Notes under the pieces: generated by a model | What the model was told of the DNA's origin: nothing | The model's input: only the letters and a program-made list of their open reading frames with translations | The model's database searches: none | DNA from: Paraphysomonas bandaiensis | Lineage: Eukaryota > Protista > Chrysophyceae | Direction of reading: 5' to 3' | Length of the DNA: 64,000 nucleotides | Assembly: GCA_965644295.1 (NCBI GenBank) | Contig: CBFFRP010000016.1 | Location: forward strand, 62,001 to 126,000 | Shown: piece by piece, positions 38,466 through 50,837 of the stretch | Position numbering within the stretch: position 1 is the stretch's first letter | Layout of the letters: each line of letters starts with the position of its first letter | Position numbers and translations under genes: made by a program

Positions 38466-39924
38466 TTGGAATTTTTGCTGTATGTTTATATTTTGTGTGT
38501 TTATATTTATTGCTGCTACGAGTATAGAAATATGTGGTGACTAGTGTTAGATTCAGTTTGCAGTCGCATGGTAAAGGCCCTTAATGCCATATTGCTGGGT
38601 AATAAGGAAGCGACTACATATTTTCATCGGATATGCAACAAGATTGGAATGGAATTAAATATTTAGCTTGACAATGATGCGGCTGTATTGTCCGTGTGTA
38701 GGTCGCTTCATAGAATCACACTGTGATGATATCCTGTGTCGGAACCATTGATTCACAGCTGCTGTTCTTTTGATCTAGTCCGAGTAGATGACTGAGTAGT
38801 AAGATTATGATGAATCCCATGTGATGGTAATTCCCTTAGATGTATTATGTGACACTCGGATGACTTAATGGACTCTATCCTAGTATGATCTTAATGGGTT
38901 ATGTCCCTAAGAGGATATACCCTCCAGTGAACATGTTATTGATCCTGTTGCTAAAATGGGTCCTAGTCGCTAGTAGCCTCCTACAACTCCATAGGTCTCC
39001 CCTGTCGTCTGTAGTTATAACGTGAATGACTATATATCTAATATCTACCTCGCTAGGCTGAAAGCAACTTCTCATAGTTTAAGTATGATGTCCGATACTT
39101 ACAACTGCTGCACTGTTACTTACGCATAGCGAAGTTAAACTTCCGAACGGAAAGCCTTCTTTCAGGATATTTAGCGCACGGGCGGCGATTTGCAAAATAT
39201 CGAAAAGTAATTCTGCTATAAAACATGGTATCTCAGAAGCTGGCATGATTCATCAACAGCACTGTGGCTTGTCTGGACCCCACATTCCTCATAATCAGAT
39301 GGTTGTTTTATTCAGCCCGTTCAAGATGATGCTCATCAGACCCCACTCTACTTCCATATGCTCAATAAGGCACTGTTAAAAACCTCGTCGTCCTGATAGC
39401 CCTTAACTTAAATCGTCGCGTTGCTTGTGTTGCAGGTTCTGATTGTAATCCGAATGATCTCTCTTCTAATTGTTATGGATGCGGATAACAACCATGACAT
39501 CTGTATGCTAAGGATCAGCTTCCTATACATAGTCCCAATGATGACGACCTTTAGAAAATTTTTATTGATATGATTGCTGACTCTACAACATACCGTAGAG
39601 ATTTTTCCTCTGGCAGATTGACTTGTGCCGACCGAATAATGTATAGAAAACAGATATTGCTCTACCCACTCATAGCCACAACATGCTCTCTAATTGTGTT
39701 TTATTAAGTCAACAAGAATTAATAATTGGCACACACTGAATAAATTATAAGGAAAAACAATCAGATAGTAGGTTAGTACGGATATTCTACTCGATTAGGG
39801 TTATCTCGAACGCATGTATTGAATACATATGCTGCAAAGTGCTGTAGCAGCAGAGAGAGTCAAGTCTAAATTGCTACCTTACATTGAAGACAAGTCTATG
39901 TACATTGAAGACAAGACTATCAGT

Positions 39925-40390
39925 ATACCCTCAACAATATCGGACTCGCACCTTTTCGTGGTGTTCTGGGGGAAAACTAACGAAACTAACGTGAGCCGCA
40001 TATATAGTCAGCAGATAATTTTCTGTCCACTCATAGCCAATGCTTGTGTGGTGCAAGGGACACTAATAGAAGTGTCACTTGTGTTTGGGGCCCTGACGAA
40101 TAGACAGGCATCCGGGAATGGGCCCACCTCAAGACTCAAGACCATCCGGGGGTAGTGGGCTGCCTGCTGAAGTCAAGCTCCAGGCTGTTCACCTAAAGGA
40201 CTTCAAAATCCTGAAGTCTGCAGATGTCAAGCATATCAACATTCTGCTTGCTCACTGCGTTTGCCTTGAGTGATATAGAGATAGTGGCTGCACAAAAAGG
40301 TTTTTAGCGTTAAATAGTAGGATATCAGAGTTAAGCACGAGCTAGTTAAATTGCAATGCTAAATTAGTTCTGACTCTTAAACGCCTATTG
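39925..40390. repeat. Dispersed repeat family A, copy 3 (most complete)
   Basis: All conserved blocks of copies 1 and 2 present in the same order. Confidence 0.85.
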
Positions 40391-40696
40391 ATATAATAAA
40401 GCATTTTGTACTGTCAGTACAGACAGTGATACTGAGACACTCCAGATCCCCAGGGTTATTACATTATTTTTCTAATCGTATTTTCTCTAGATGATGAGCA
40501 ATAGTTGTATAGTTATAATCTACTGGTAGATGCAATGTAGAGTCTAAAATATACAATGATACATCGCCATCATTATACTTTCATATCATTGCTATAGTGC
40601 AGGTTTCAAATCGACTTCCCCGTGATAGTGAATGTTAATTAACATTATTGGTAAAGAAATAAAGCAGTTAGTATTGATCTTGCAAATTCACAAGTA

Positions 40697-41297
40697 CTAT
40701 TGACCAGAACTACCTACACTAAATCGACTCAATATACTTCCAACAGTACTTCCTGTTGGCGGAATGTCTTTTGCTGCAGTACTTCGAGCGGCAACAATAT
40801 TGCGTGCTCTTTCCATAGCCCGCTGTGCTGTCCTCTCTCGCTTCAAGCGCTGTCTAGTAGCTGGATTGTCGCAATTACTCCCACCAAACAACTTCTTCGA
40901 GTATTCTTCAGTTACAGAAGAAGTACTCTCCGATGTCCGTATAAGTCCTTTAGGGAGGCCCATACTAGCCGCAATCTCATCTGCTGATGAATAGAGCAGT
41001 CGAGAGGGACACGCCTCTCTCGTCACTGATCGATGACCCTGCACTGCAAGCTTAAAGGCATCTATCTCTGCTTGATCTATGTCTTCAGAGGGGTGCTGAT
41101 CGTGTGCTCTGTCTCTCTGTAGCGGGTGTTATCGTTATATGTATGGATGTATGTATGTGTGTGGGTCGCACCGTATGAGACTTGTGTTTCTTTGATCTCT
41201 TCTTCTTCTTCTTGTGTCTGCTGCTTCTGTCTGATGAATGCTCAGATTCAGAGTGCTTTCTTTTCTTTTTTCCCTCTCTATGATGATCATGCGTCAT
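40697..41297 (-). CDS. Small basic Lys/His/Ser-rich, probably nuclear protein (2 exons), unknown function
   Basis: MTHDHHREGKKKRKHSES..HKKKKKRSKK exon can splice via ctacag into the frame continuing to ORF 40697-41044. Confidence 0.6.
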
Positions 41298-41884
41298 GAG
41301 TGTGTGTGTATGCGGTATGGCTTCCAACACTCGCAGATATGAAGGAAGAGACATGCAGGACTTGCAGGTACACAGAGAGGCCATGGATCTCACACACCTG
41401 CACTATACACGGTATACGGTATACTAGACTGGTATACGGTGTAGCTGATGCAGAGGGAATACCGTTTTTAGAAGGATAAAAAGTACCTATACTGGTATAC
41501 TATACACTGGTATACATACGTCTACGGATCAGCGGTACAGTAGGTATGAACACCTATGCAATACTGTACCGATAGAGCTATGTACCTATACAACGCTGTA
41601 TGTACAGACGTACATATATACATAAAGACTACAGCGGTATACACAAAAAACAGCACAGTATGCCGACATATCTTTAGCGGTCGTAACTCCTTCAGTTTAT
41701 TCCTAAGCATGTCTTCATTGTTGAGGTATTGAGAGCGAGGCAGGCAGGAGTGCAAGTAGATGCATGTTATTAACCGCACATTTCACCCCTTGCGCTTTAC
41801 ACTTCAATATAAGGTAAAGTTGCAGTTGTCACTGTACGAAGGTTCTCTCTGTGAATTAGACAGGCAGTTTATGTGTTGAGTGGT

Positions 41885-43488
41885 ATGGATAACTGGGTTG
41901 TTGTGCTTCAAGTGGTTGCTGCGATTATATTCGCTTATGTTCGCTACAGACTGTCTGTTGCCGAGCGAAAACGCATTGCAATGAATGTTCCTAGTGTTAC
42001 AGGAGGAGTTCCATTCTTCGGTCAAGTGTTCAAGATGCTCAAGGGGAGTCCGTGGGACATCATGAACAAGTGGGCACAAGAATTTGGTCATCGATTCACG
42101 TTTCATTTGTTTGGATCGGATGCGTTTGTCGTATCAGATCCTGACATTCTGAAAGTGATACTGCAAACAAAGGTGCACATATTTAGGAAAGATCTGGAAT
42201 GGGTATACAGACCGTTCCTTGTTATTCTCGGGAATGGGCTTGTCACAGCTCACGGCGAAAGCTGGCGGCGTCAGCGAACACTTCTCTCCAGTGCCCTTCG
42301 TATTGATATTTTGGACGACATCCCAGCAATGGCTGTACGAGCTGTACAGCGTCTGTGTGTTAAGTTGGACAAGTGCTGTGCTGATGGAACCACAATAGAG
42401 ATGGCAGAAGAATTCCGACACTTGACTCTGCAAGTTATCGCTGAAGCTATTCTGTCCCTTAGTCCAGAGGAAAGTGACGAAACGTTTGCTCATATGTACC
42501 TTCCTATTGTAGAGGAGGGAAATCTTCGCACATGGCACCCGGAACGGATGTATCTACCTACCCCTGCATACTTCAAGCATCAAGCTGATGTCAAGAAACT
42601 CAATGACTATGTTGTGGGACTTATCACGAAGCGCTGGGATTTGAGACGGGAAGAGAAAGCGAGCAGGAAAAAAACTACTCGCAGACAGGATATATTGGAT
42701 AAAGTATTAAATGCGATTTCTGAGGATGACTGGAATGCGGCCACGATCGCGCAGGTGAGAGACGAAGTCAAGACATTCATATTAGCCGGACACGAGGTAA
42801 GCACTCACGCATACGTATTAATTACTTGTACGTTTCTGCTGTTGATAGCTTGACTGACAATAGATGTTTCTAATACTTGTGCGTTTAGACTTCCGCCAGT
42901 ATGCTTGCTTGGACTCTCTACGAACTCAGTATGAACCCCAAACTTCTTGCCACCTTACGAGAGGAGACTGAACAAGTATATGGCGCACCCGTTGCCCCGG
43001 GGGCAGACTTAAGTACATGCATGCCTAAGAAGCGCGAAAGCCTATCGCGACTTGAGTATGCTGATTGTTGTCTTCGGGAGAGTCTGAGAAAGTACTCTGT
43101 GGTTCCTAGTGTCGTGCGGGTGCCCTCGGAGGACGTTGAGATCAATGACCACGTGATTCCGAAAGGGACAAGTGTAATAATCAACATTATGGCTGCGCAC
43201 CACAACGAAGAGAATTGGAAGAATCCGAGTGAATATAACCCGACTAGATTCTTAAAAGGAGAGAGCAGCATCAAACCCTATACTTTTCTACCTTTCGTGG
43301 ATGGTCCACGCAACTGTCTCGGACAGTTTCTCTCACTTCTTGAATCTAAAGTAGTTCTATCAATGCTTGTACATCATTATGATTTCGAGGTCACGAACTT
43401 AAATGATGCAGGGCTAACACATCCTTTCATGGTTCCGATTATTCCCAAAACTGGACATATTATGAAAGTAAGTAGACGGAATGGATAG
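41885..43488 (+). CDS. Cytochrome P450 (2 exons), N-terminal membrane anchor
   Basis: I-helix TFILAGHE|TSA, ExxR (ESLR), YNPTRF, heme motif PFVDGPRNCLG. Confidence 0.96.
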
Positions 43489-43629
43489 TAGCTGTGGAGC
43501 AGCGCTTGTGATAGGTTTTCGATGAATCAGTTTGCTTGTTACGTAATTTTTGAATAAGCAAAACTTACTCGATATGTTTTTTTATGTTTTTGTCTTTATG
43601 CATGATGCATCTTTTGCATCAAGGACTAC

Positions 43630-43897
43630 AAAATGGGAAATATTATTCAACCTAGCCATTCTTATGTACATTGACTACACACTGTGACTGTTTAAAAAAA
43701 ACAGCTCACACCACACAACATATTAATGGCTTACAGAGATCAGAACAAACATTCAAACATAACAATTAACTGTATGCACATATCTACTTAACACAGTGTA
43801 CGTGTATGTCTATCTAGCCTATCTATATAGCTTATAACTATATAGCGATGGGTCCCTTTTGAGTATTATGTGGAAGAGGAGGGGTCAATGAAACTGT
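43630..43897. repeat. Dispersed repeat family B, copy 2 (inverted relative to copy 1)
   Basis: Reverse-complement match to 942-1300 with an internal deletion. Confidence 0.85.
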
Positions 43898-44951
43898 CAA
43901 TATAACTCACTCTATGATCTGCAGGGCACCTCTAGATCTTCAGATGTAATGATTGATAATGTATAAATATATATTTGACATGACTAATAAGTCATTCAAA
44001 GATAGAATAAACAGATTAAATATCGATTAAACATTAGTCAACCTTAGATAAACAAAACAGCGAGGTGCATTGAATACTATCATTTTATCAGTCACTAATA
44101 ACTTATTACTTGTTATTATTACCCAAAGCACATACGTCGTAGACATCTCTCCTGTACGAAATGCTTGCCAGTTGTAATGCACTCTTCCCAGAAGTTATCA
44201 GAATTTGGAATTGAGACGCTGGAGCTTAGAACGAGATCCGCGTGCTTTGGATGCGGCTCATACAGCACGCACTGTATAGTGCAGTCTCTCCACTAGAAAC
44301 ATACACGGTTGTTCATATTTCTTAGCTTCCATGTCGTTGTTGCCAAATCATTTTACTGTCATACAACCCTCATCAATGACGTTAACTACCACACCTCTAA
44401 TAAGCCACGTTTTGAAGATAGAATCATCAGTATGCATGCATTGACAGGGTTGTTGGTGTCTACATGCATGTATATATGTCCCATTGAACGGTTAGAGTGG
44501 GCCAATCAGATGACAGGAAGTGAACTTAGAATTCTAGAAGTGGGATAGTCTGTTACGTATGTGATGGTATACCAGTGTATACCACTGTATACACGCGCTG
44601 CCTCGCTTGTTCCCCAAAACGTATTATCACTAATACCGCTGTATTGTTGTGGAATACATTGGTATGGAGAGTATACAGTGAGTATAGCGTAGGTATACCG
44701 TGGGTGGGGAGGGAGTATACGGTCCCCTACAGCGGTATATTATGGTCGCCCAGTGAGGTCGAACTTCTGTGTGTGTGTGTTCCCCTGCAGAGGACTCACA
44801 TCAGTGTGTGGTCGCATGTGCGTATGCAGCTCTATGCTTGTATCTGCCATGAGCTGTTCCCATCTCACGTCAGAAATCGATTTACGAAAGACGGGAACAA
44901 CTCCGTTAATGATCTCAATGGCTGTTCATTATTTATATGCTCTGATACAAG

Positions 44952-46349
44952 ATGCCGACTGCTCCTCTATCATCCGGTCATGCTCATGCCACTCCTGTAC
45001 ATGCAGGTGATAAATCTGATGGAAACACCATTGAGTGTCTCTCATATCCTCCATATGATCCAGCTGATATCATCTCTGTCTCTGGCTCCTCTTATGGGAT
45101 AGACTGCAGCCCCTCAGCTAACACTGGGGCTCATAGTAAATTCGGATCACTCACAGAATCTGGTGATGATGATTACATGCAATCCAGATCTGAGACACAC
45201 ACCGACACTTGTAGCGCTCAGGTAGTGTCACCACTCTCAAAACCACAAGATGTTCCAATGGACCAGATATCTGATATGTCCGCACGTGACATTGTGCCCA
45301 CGAAACTCATTCAGGTTTATGGCAAAGCCTTTCTCGTACCTATTCACGAAAAGGACGCCGAAACTATCCGTCAGCTGGCACGCATGGGATCGAATGCCTG
45401 TGACATACATATATCTGTGGAGCACATGGCTCCCGACGAACTGGAATCTTTTCTTAATCACATCGACCCACCCGAAAAGAAAGCGAAACAGGGCACACGT
45501 GAAAATCCTGAGCCTGCATTAACACCAAAGCATGTCTATAAGACTTCTTGTGATACCTACCGTGTGCAATTGAGCAAGGGCTCTCGTCTCTTCCCGAACA
45601 AAAAGTTTAGCCGAAATGCGAGGACTGAGATTGACGCTTTGTGGCTCTGTGAATGTGCGCTTGTTCTTATAGATCAACCGGAAACGTTTCGTGACTTGCT
45701 TCGCAATGGTAATTTTCAGTACCTCTTACAGAAAGAAATTATTTCTTCGGCCGATGACTTTGCTGCTCAACTACAGCGTAGTGTTAAAGAGCTTGGAAAT
45801 CGCAAGAAGCTGAAAGCACATGAGATTGACCAGATCACTTCCACGTTGAAGTGCATTCTGCCATCTTACCCAAACTCTCAGGATAGTCATGCGTCCACTG
45901 GATATGCTACTGGAGTTGAAAGAAATCTAGCGGAACGCACTCGGAGGTCGTTCTCTGCCATCATGTGTGAGCAATGGGGAGGCGTGGGTGGTGGTGATGT
46001 AGATCGCCGAAAGAGGCGCAAATTGCCTCGGGCGACTGTGGAAGATTATCGTCAGCAAGGTACTCAGCACTTATCACCACCGATGAATTATGCTTCGCAC
46101 TACCCTCCAGTTCAACAACATCAACATCACGTGGATTATTCTCATGAACATCAGGGAGATAACATGGTATTTTCTTTACCCTTAGCTGCAATGTACCATG
46201 CACCTCAGCAACAACATGACAATATGTACTTCCAGCATATTAATCAGTCACAACATCATCAACATCACCTACAGTATCAGATGCAGCAGCAACCTCGACC
46301 TGACCCATCGTCGCACAATCCTTATGTGTATCTGCATAAAAATCCCTAG
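44952..46349 (+). CDS. Putative transcription factor: possible divergent AP2-like segment, basic NLS, Gln/His-rich tail
   Basis: 465-aa ORF; KHVYKTSCDTYRVQL..KKFSRNARTEIDALWLCECAL; RRKRRK; Q/H-rich C-terminus. Confidence 0.6.
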   Translation: MPTAPLSSGHAHATPVHAGDKSDGNTIECLSYPPYDPADIISVSGSSYGIDCSPSANTGAHSKFGSLTESGDDDYMQSRSETHTDTCSAQVVSPLSKPQDVPMDQISDMSARDIVPTKLIQVYGKAFLVPIHEKDAETIRQLARMGSNACDIHISVEHMAPDELESFLNHIDPPEKKAKQGTRENPEPALTPKHVYKTSCDTYRVQLSKGSRLFPNKKFSRNARTEIDALWLCECALVLIDQPETFRDLLRNGNFQYLLQKEIISSADDFAAQLQRSVKELGNRKKLKAHEIDQITSTLKCILPSYPNSQDSHASTGYATGVERNLAERTRRSFSAIMCEQWGGVGGGDVDRRKRRKLPRATVEDYRQQGTQHLSPPMNYASHYPPVQQHQHHVDYSHEHQGDNMVFSLPLAAMYHAPQQQHDNMYFQHINQSQHHQHHLQYQMQQQPRPDPSSHNPYVYLHKNP

Positions 46350-46711
46350 TCGACTAGTGAAGTGATGAAAAAAGTGATTCCTTCCCTCGTATCGTGGTCT
46401 GGCCTTGAAATTAAGAACAGACACCGAATACATACTTTAACCCAAAGAAAGAAGTAGCTAGCGCCATTTTGATTTATTACGTATTTTGGCTACGCATTAT
46501 GTACACTTCACATGTGTACATCATCCAAGAATGAAACATTTATTGGTTGTGTAGTAGCCATTTCGACTATATATGACGACGACTGTAGTTCAATAGCAGA
46601 AATTAAACTGTGATAACCTCTGCGTAATAGATCTGATGTAATAATTCATTTTGAAAACTCTATTCTTTTCTTTATTAAGCCCAAGTAAAATACCTAGAAA
46701 TTTATTACTGG

Positions 46712-46862
46712 TTGGGAAATATTATTCAAGCTATTTTTGTGGAATAACCTAGTCAAAGTAATAAATGACTCAACCCAGTCAATTTTGGTATTTAACTTAC
46801 TAGTCGTTGATTACACACTGTGACTGGCTAAGATACCATCTCACACCACACAATATATTACT
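46712..46862. repeat. Dispersed repeat family B, copy 3 (partial, inverted)
   Basis: tgggaaatattattcaa..cctagtcaaagtaataaatgactcaacc..ctcacaccacacaa matches the reverse complement of ~1105-1295. Confidence 0.8.
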
Positions 46863-46969
46863 GATCAATACATTAGTTTTCTGTTAGGCACATAATTATC
46901 TCCGTAAGTTGGATGTCTTCTATTATAAACTGTATGATGTTATGATAGTAGTAAGAATGGTCACACTTA

Positions 46970-47115
46970 GTGCTTGCAGAGACACACAAACAGTTCTCGT
47001 AGCGCTAAATTGTAGGATATCAGAGTTCGCGCTAGTTAGTAAATGTTAGATGCTTATCTAACTTGACAAGTTTGTTCATCCAGCTACTAATCTGGTTTTT
47101 ACTCTTGAATGCCTA
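46970..47115. repeat. Dispersed repeat family A, 3' fragment
   Basis: cgtagcgctaaattgtaggatatcagagtt..ctagttag. Confidence 0.7.
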
Positions 47116-47924
47116 TTTTGCTAGATAAATGATAAACATACGTTAACTACCTGATGTTATTGGTTATATAGGTTCCACATTATAATTCTACTAACCTTAT
47201 TACCTGTCTTCTTTACTGAATTACCTGGACGTGATACACACTACATGCTTAAATTATAAATTATGATTAATATCATTTATTCATTCGTTGTCATTCGCCA
47301 AATTCATATTATTTCAACTACCAGTCGTATTCATACGACCATAGATAGACAAGTACTTATACAGTCAATATATTCCAGTTTCACTACTACCCTATCATCT
47401 CAACAGTTCATTTAGTACTGTAAATCACTACTGTATAGAGTATTCTTCAAGTAACGATCATAATTCAAATACCTTAAAACTACAGCTTATAATTGCTCTC
47501 ACAGCAAAAACTCGGCAAGAATTCCTTGAAATGTAAAATATCGTGATATACTTGATGATATAACTTATCATGTCGCCGAAATTTCTACATTCCGAGAGCG
47601 TACCCTAGTGAACTGCTACGTAGTGTTGACAAAGCTAAGAGTAACGTATAGATTATTAATATAAATCTCAGCGTATTCTTTTTGTGTCGGCACCAAGAAA
47701 GCTATATTATATAGAATTACATATATACAAGAGTCATGCATAGTTATGAGAAATTCCACGTAATCTTAGCAAAGCTGAACACGGGTGGGGCAGCAACAGA
47801 ATCTGCGTGTGACCTATGCGGTCAGCTACGTTGGTACACGGATAGAATATATTGAACTACAACCAACTCCTACGTGCGTACTTGAAGTTTGGTAAAGCCT
47901 AACGCTAGTAGTTATCCTGTATTC

Positions 47925-48400
47925 TATGTAGCAATGAAATTCAGAATATACATGACTACACTATAGGAGTAGCTATTACAAGTATACAAAGAAACTGAAA
48001 ATATAGTAGCTGTTAAAGATCCTTTTTGTAGAATTGAATGTTGATGTTGGTGAATGACGTGGTTCCTAACTCACGGTGCTACAATATCATAATATCAATC
48101 AGTCAATATTGCACTCTTAAAAGCTTAAGTTAATAGAATCAGTGCTATATCGGTGTTATACGTGGTGCACGTGTGCACCAGTTGGCCTACAATATGGTCG
48201 CGTCCTCGGAATGGGGCACTATGTAGCAATGAAATACAGAATATACGGGACTACACTATATAGCACTATAGCAGTAGATATTAAAAGTATACAAAGAAAC
48301 TGAAAATATAGTAGCTGTTAAAGATACGATTTTTTTGAACAGAATGTTGGTGTTGGTGATTGACGTGGTTCATCAATGACAGTGCTACAACATCATAATT
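47925..48400. repeat. Diverged direct duplication (~170-180 bp units at ~47925 and ~48219)
   Basis: ctatgtagcaatgaaat..aagtatacaaagaaactgaaaatatagtagctgttaaagat..gtgctacaa occurs twice. Confidence 0.85.
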
Positions 48401-48877
48401 TTACTATATCTCTCTTAACGTAATTCAGTCAATACTGTGCTACTACAAGTATAATTTAATACAAATAAGTTTTTAATAGATCCAGACATCAAACGACGCA
48501 TGCAAGCACGCGCTATACCTCGTTATCGCACAGTGTGTGCAAATGATAATATACAGCAAATTGTTGCAAGTATAGTGCAGGGGTATCTAGCGAACTCTCC
48601 TGACAATATGTTTTACAACTATTCTTTGATATATTTAACGATTTACAACTATTCTCCTGTAGTTTCGGTAACACGCTAAAATCGCGAACGCCGGCAAATA
48701 TTTGAAAAGTACAAAATATCATATAAATGCGGCCATGTAACATATATTTTGGAATTGTGTTCCATGCTAATTAGCTAACACCACCTATACAACTTATAGT
48801 AATACTACAACATTCAGAGCAGAGTAATATGATAATATTATACAACCACCACATTCTAAGTCAAAGAGTGAAACAAA

Positions 48878-49441
48878 TTAACGCTTAGTTGTACGGCTTC
48901 TAGAGGATGCAAAGCTTTCAGGATTAGCTTTTAACCTTTCTTTTCTTTTCTGCTCCGCCACAAATGCGTCTATCCTCTCTTGTGCCTCTCGACTTCGCCT
49001 CATTTCGTCCGTTTCCTCCTGTAGAACTTTAGTTTCAGACTCAGCATAGGCTTGCATGCGTGTTTTTCTCTTTTGGGCAATAGTGCGCCTCTTATGTCTC
49101 TCCAATGCAGAAGGGCATGCCATAAAGCATACCCAGTATAATATTGGAATCTGAAATAATCCTCCTAGAATGGCGAGCCCTAAAATCTTGGGTTGACTCT
49201 GGAAAGCATCTGTCTCGGCCAAGCCAAAGAAAATAAGAAATATGCCCAACAGACAGAGAACCCATGCTACCAGCGTGAAAGCAACCCGAAATCGAACAAA
49301 CGTCTCATCTTCTTCCAGGTCCGTCATATGGGAGTCAATACGATTATAAACCACACCAACTTCAAGATCATTGACATAGTCATCATATAGAATAATATTC
49401 TCATCTTCTTTGAGCTCATCGGGTATAGGAGCAACCTGCAT
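48878..49441 (-). CDS. Two-TM membrane protein with charged, coiled-coil-like C-terminus; unknown function
   Basis: 187-aa ORF, two hydrophobic segments, K/R/E-rich tail. Confidence 0.7.
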   Translation of the reverse strand: MQVAPIPDELKEDENIILYDDYVNDLEVGVVYNRIDSHMTDLEEDETFVRFRVAFTLVAWVLCLLGIFLIFFGLAETDAFQSQPKILGLAILGGLFQIPILYWVCFMACPSALERHKRRTIAQKRKTRMQAYAESETKVLQEETDEMRRSREAQERIDAFVAEQKRKERLKANPESFASSRSRTTKR

Positions 49442-50179
49442 CCCTCCTCGTAGAGTCTACTTATAGGATTGTATCACCCGCTGGATCTCCTATCTGATGA
49501 TAGGGATATACGCTACACACATATGCCACAGTCAGTATACAACATCACTGGAGAGTACAACAAACATAAGTGATATTTCGATTAAGAGTGTTGGCCGCAA
49601 TGGTGCTCCTGGCCGTATCTGATGTTGTTAATGGATATATATGTGCAGTGGTCCTGTACATACAGGTACATGTGTGCTGTACACGACTGTTACATAGACT
49701 AGTAGGATGGCATACATACAGACAGCAGAGAGTGTACATCTCTTCTGGAACAATCGTACTATTCGACATGGACATACAGTACCATAAGTACAAGTACAGC
49801 AGTACATATAGTTCACCTGTATACGCAGTGTATTCTAGTCACACTTTACGGGCTACATAACATAACAGATACACGTACGGGCTACACACTTGTACCAGGA
49901 CAAGTGAAACCGTTACCTTGTCATCTGGGTGCTACGTACAGATCCATATATAAGCCCACCACAGCAGTTCACATACATACACAGCACATATACATACATA
50001 CATATACAGCGCATACATATATGCACACACCTCATGCATCATCTACATCTCCAGACCATAACACCTGGATACATACATACATATATCTACGACCAACGCA
50101 CTACTCTGTGATAGATAGGGCATATATTCTCTTAATTATATTTGCATATTTGGTTCACTATCATTAAATAGTTGCTAAG

Positions 50180-50590
50180 ATGGGTGAGGAAATGAAAGAA
50201 TGGTCGCACATGTGGGGCGCTAAGGTCAGTCCCAAGTCAGTTACCAGATGCGTGGAGCTGACAATATGTACCTCTAGGTCAAGCTTCGTAACGATATGTC
50301 TGATGATATGCTCAGAGACGCAATAGAAACTTCCAGGAGAATTCTGGGTGGTATCGGGAACTTTGATACGGAAGGTTTGCTGCACTCTATTTGAAAATCT
50401 GGTCTTAATGTTGGTTTATTTAGGGCTTCAATGCGCTGAGGATATAAAAAATGAATTCGATTCTCGTTGGTCTCCACACTGGCATGTTATTATTGGTAGA
50501 AATTTTGGATCCTTTATAACGCATGAAGTGAAGTGTTTTGTCTTCTTCTACTTGGAAGATAAGGCTGTGATGCTCTTCAAAGCCGGGTGA
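50180..50590 (+). CDS. Dynein light chain type 1 (LC8-family), 3 exons
   Basis: Spliced: MGEEMKEWSHMWGAK|VKLRNDMSDDMLRDAI..|GLQCAEDIKNEFDSRWSPHWHVIIGRNFGSFITHE..AVMLFKAG. Confidence 0.92.
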
Positions 50591-50837
50591 TGTATTTCGC
50601 TGACACGACCGGGATTACATGATGCTGAAAGTAGTGGGATGATTTTGATGTGTTGGAACTTGCATATAGTAGACCGAAGCACAACGAGTTTCATTGTTGT
50701 TCGTGTTGTAATCTTTAGTTTCATAAAATATTCTCAATAGTAAATAACATAAAAAATACGCGACATTGGCTGGATGAATATGCTCATGTCGTTTAGAGAA
50801 TTTTGAGGCATTTCGTTATGATCGCACATCATTGTAC

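Noticed and set aside
38720-38760. C/D-box snoRNA candidate (gtgatga within a ctgtga..tcacag stem)
   Set aside because: No CTGA D box and too short
38540-39700. Moderate-GC intergenic tract resembling decayed coding sequence (similar tract at 27700-28500)
   Set aside because: No sustained frame or recognisable motif
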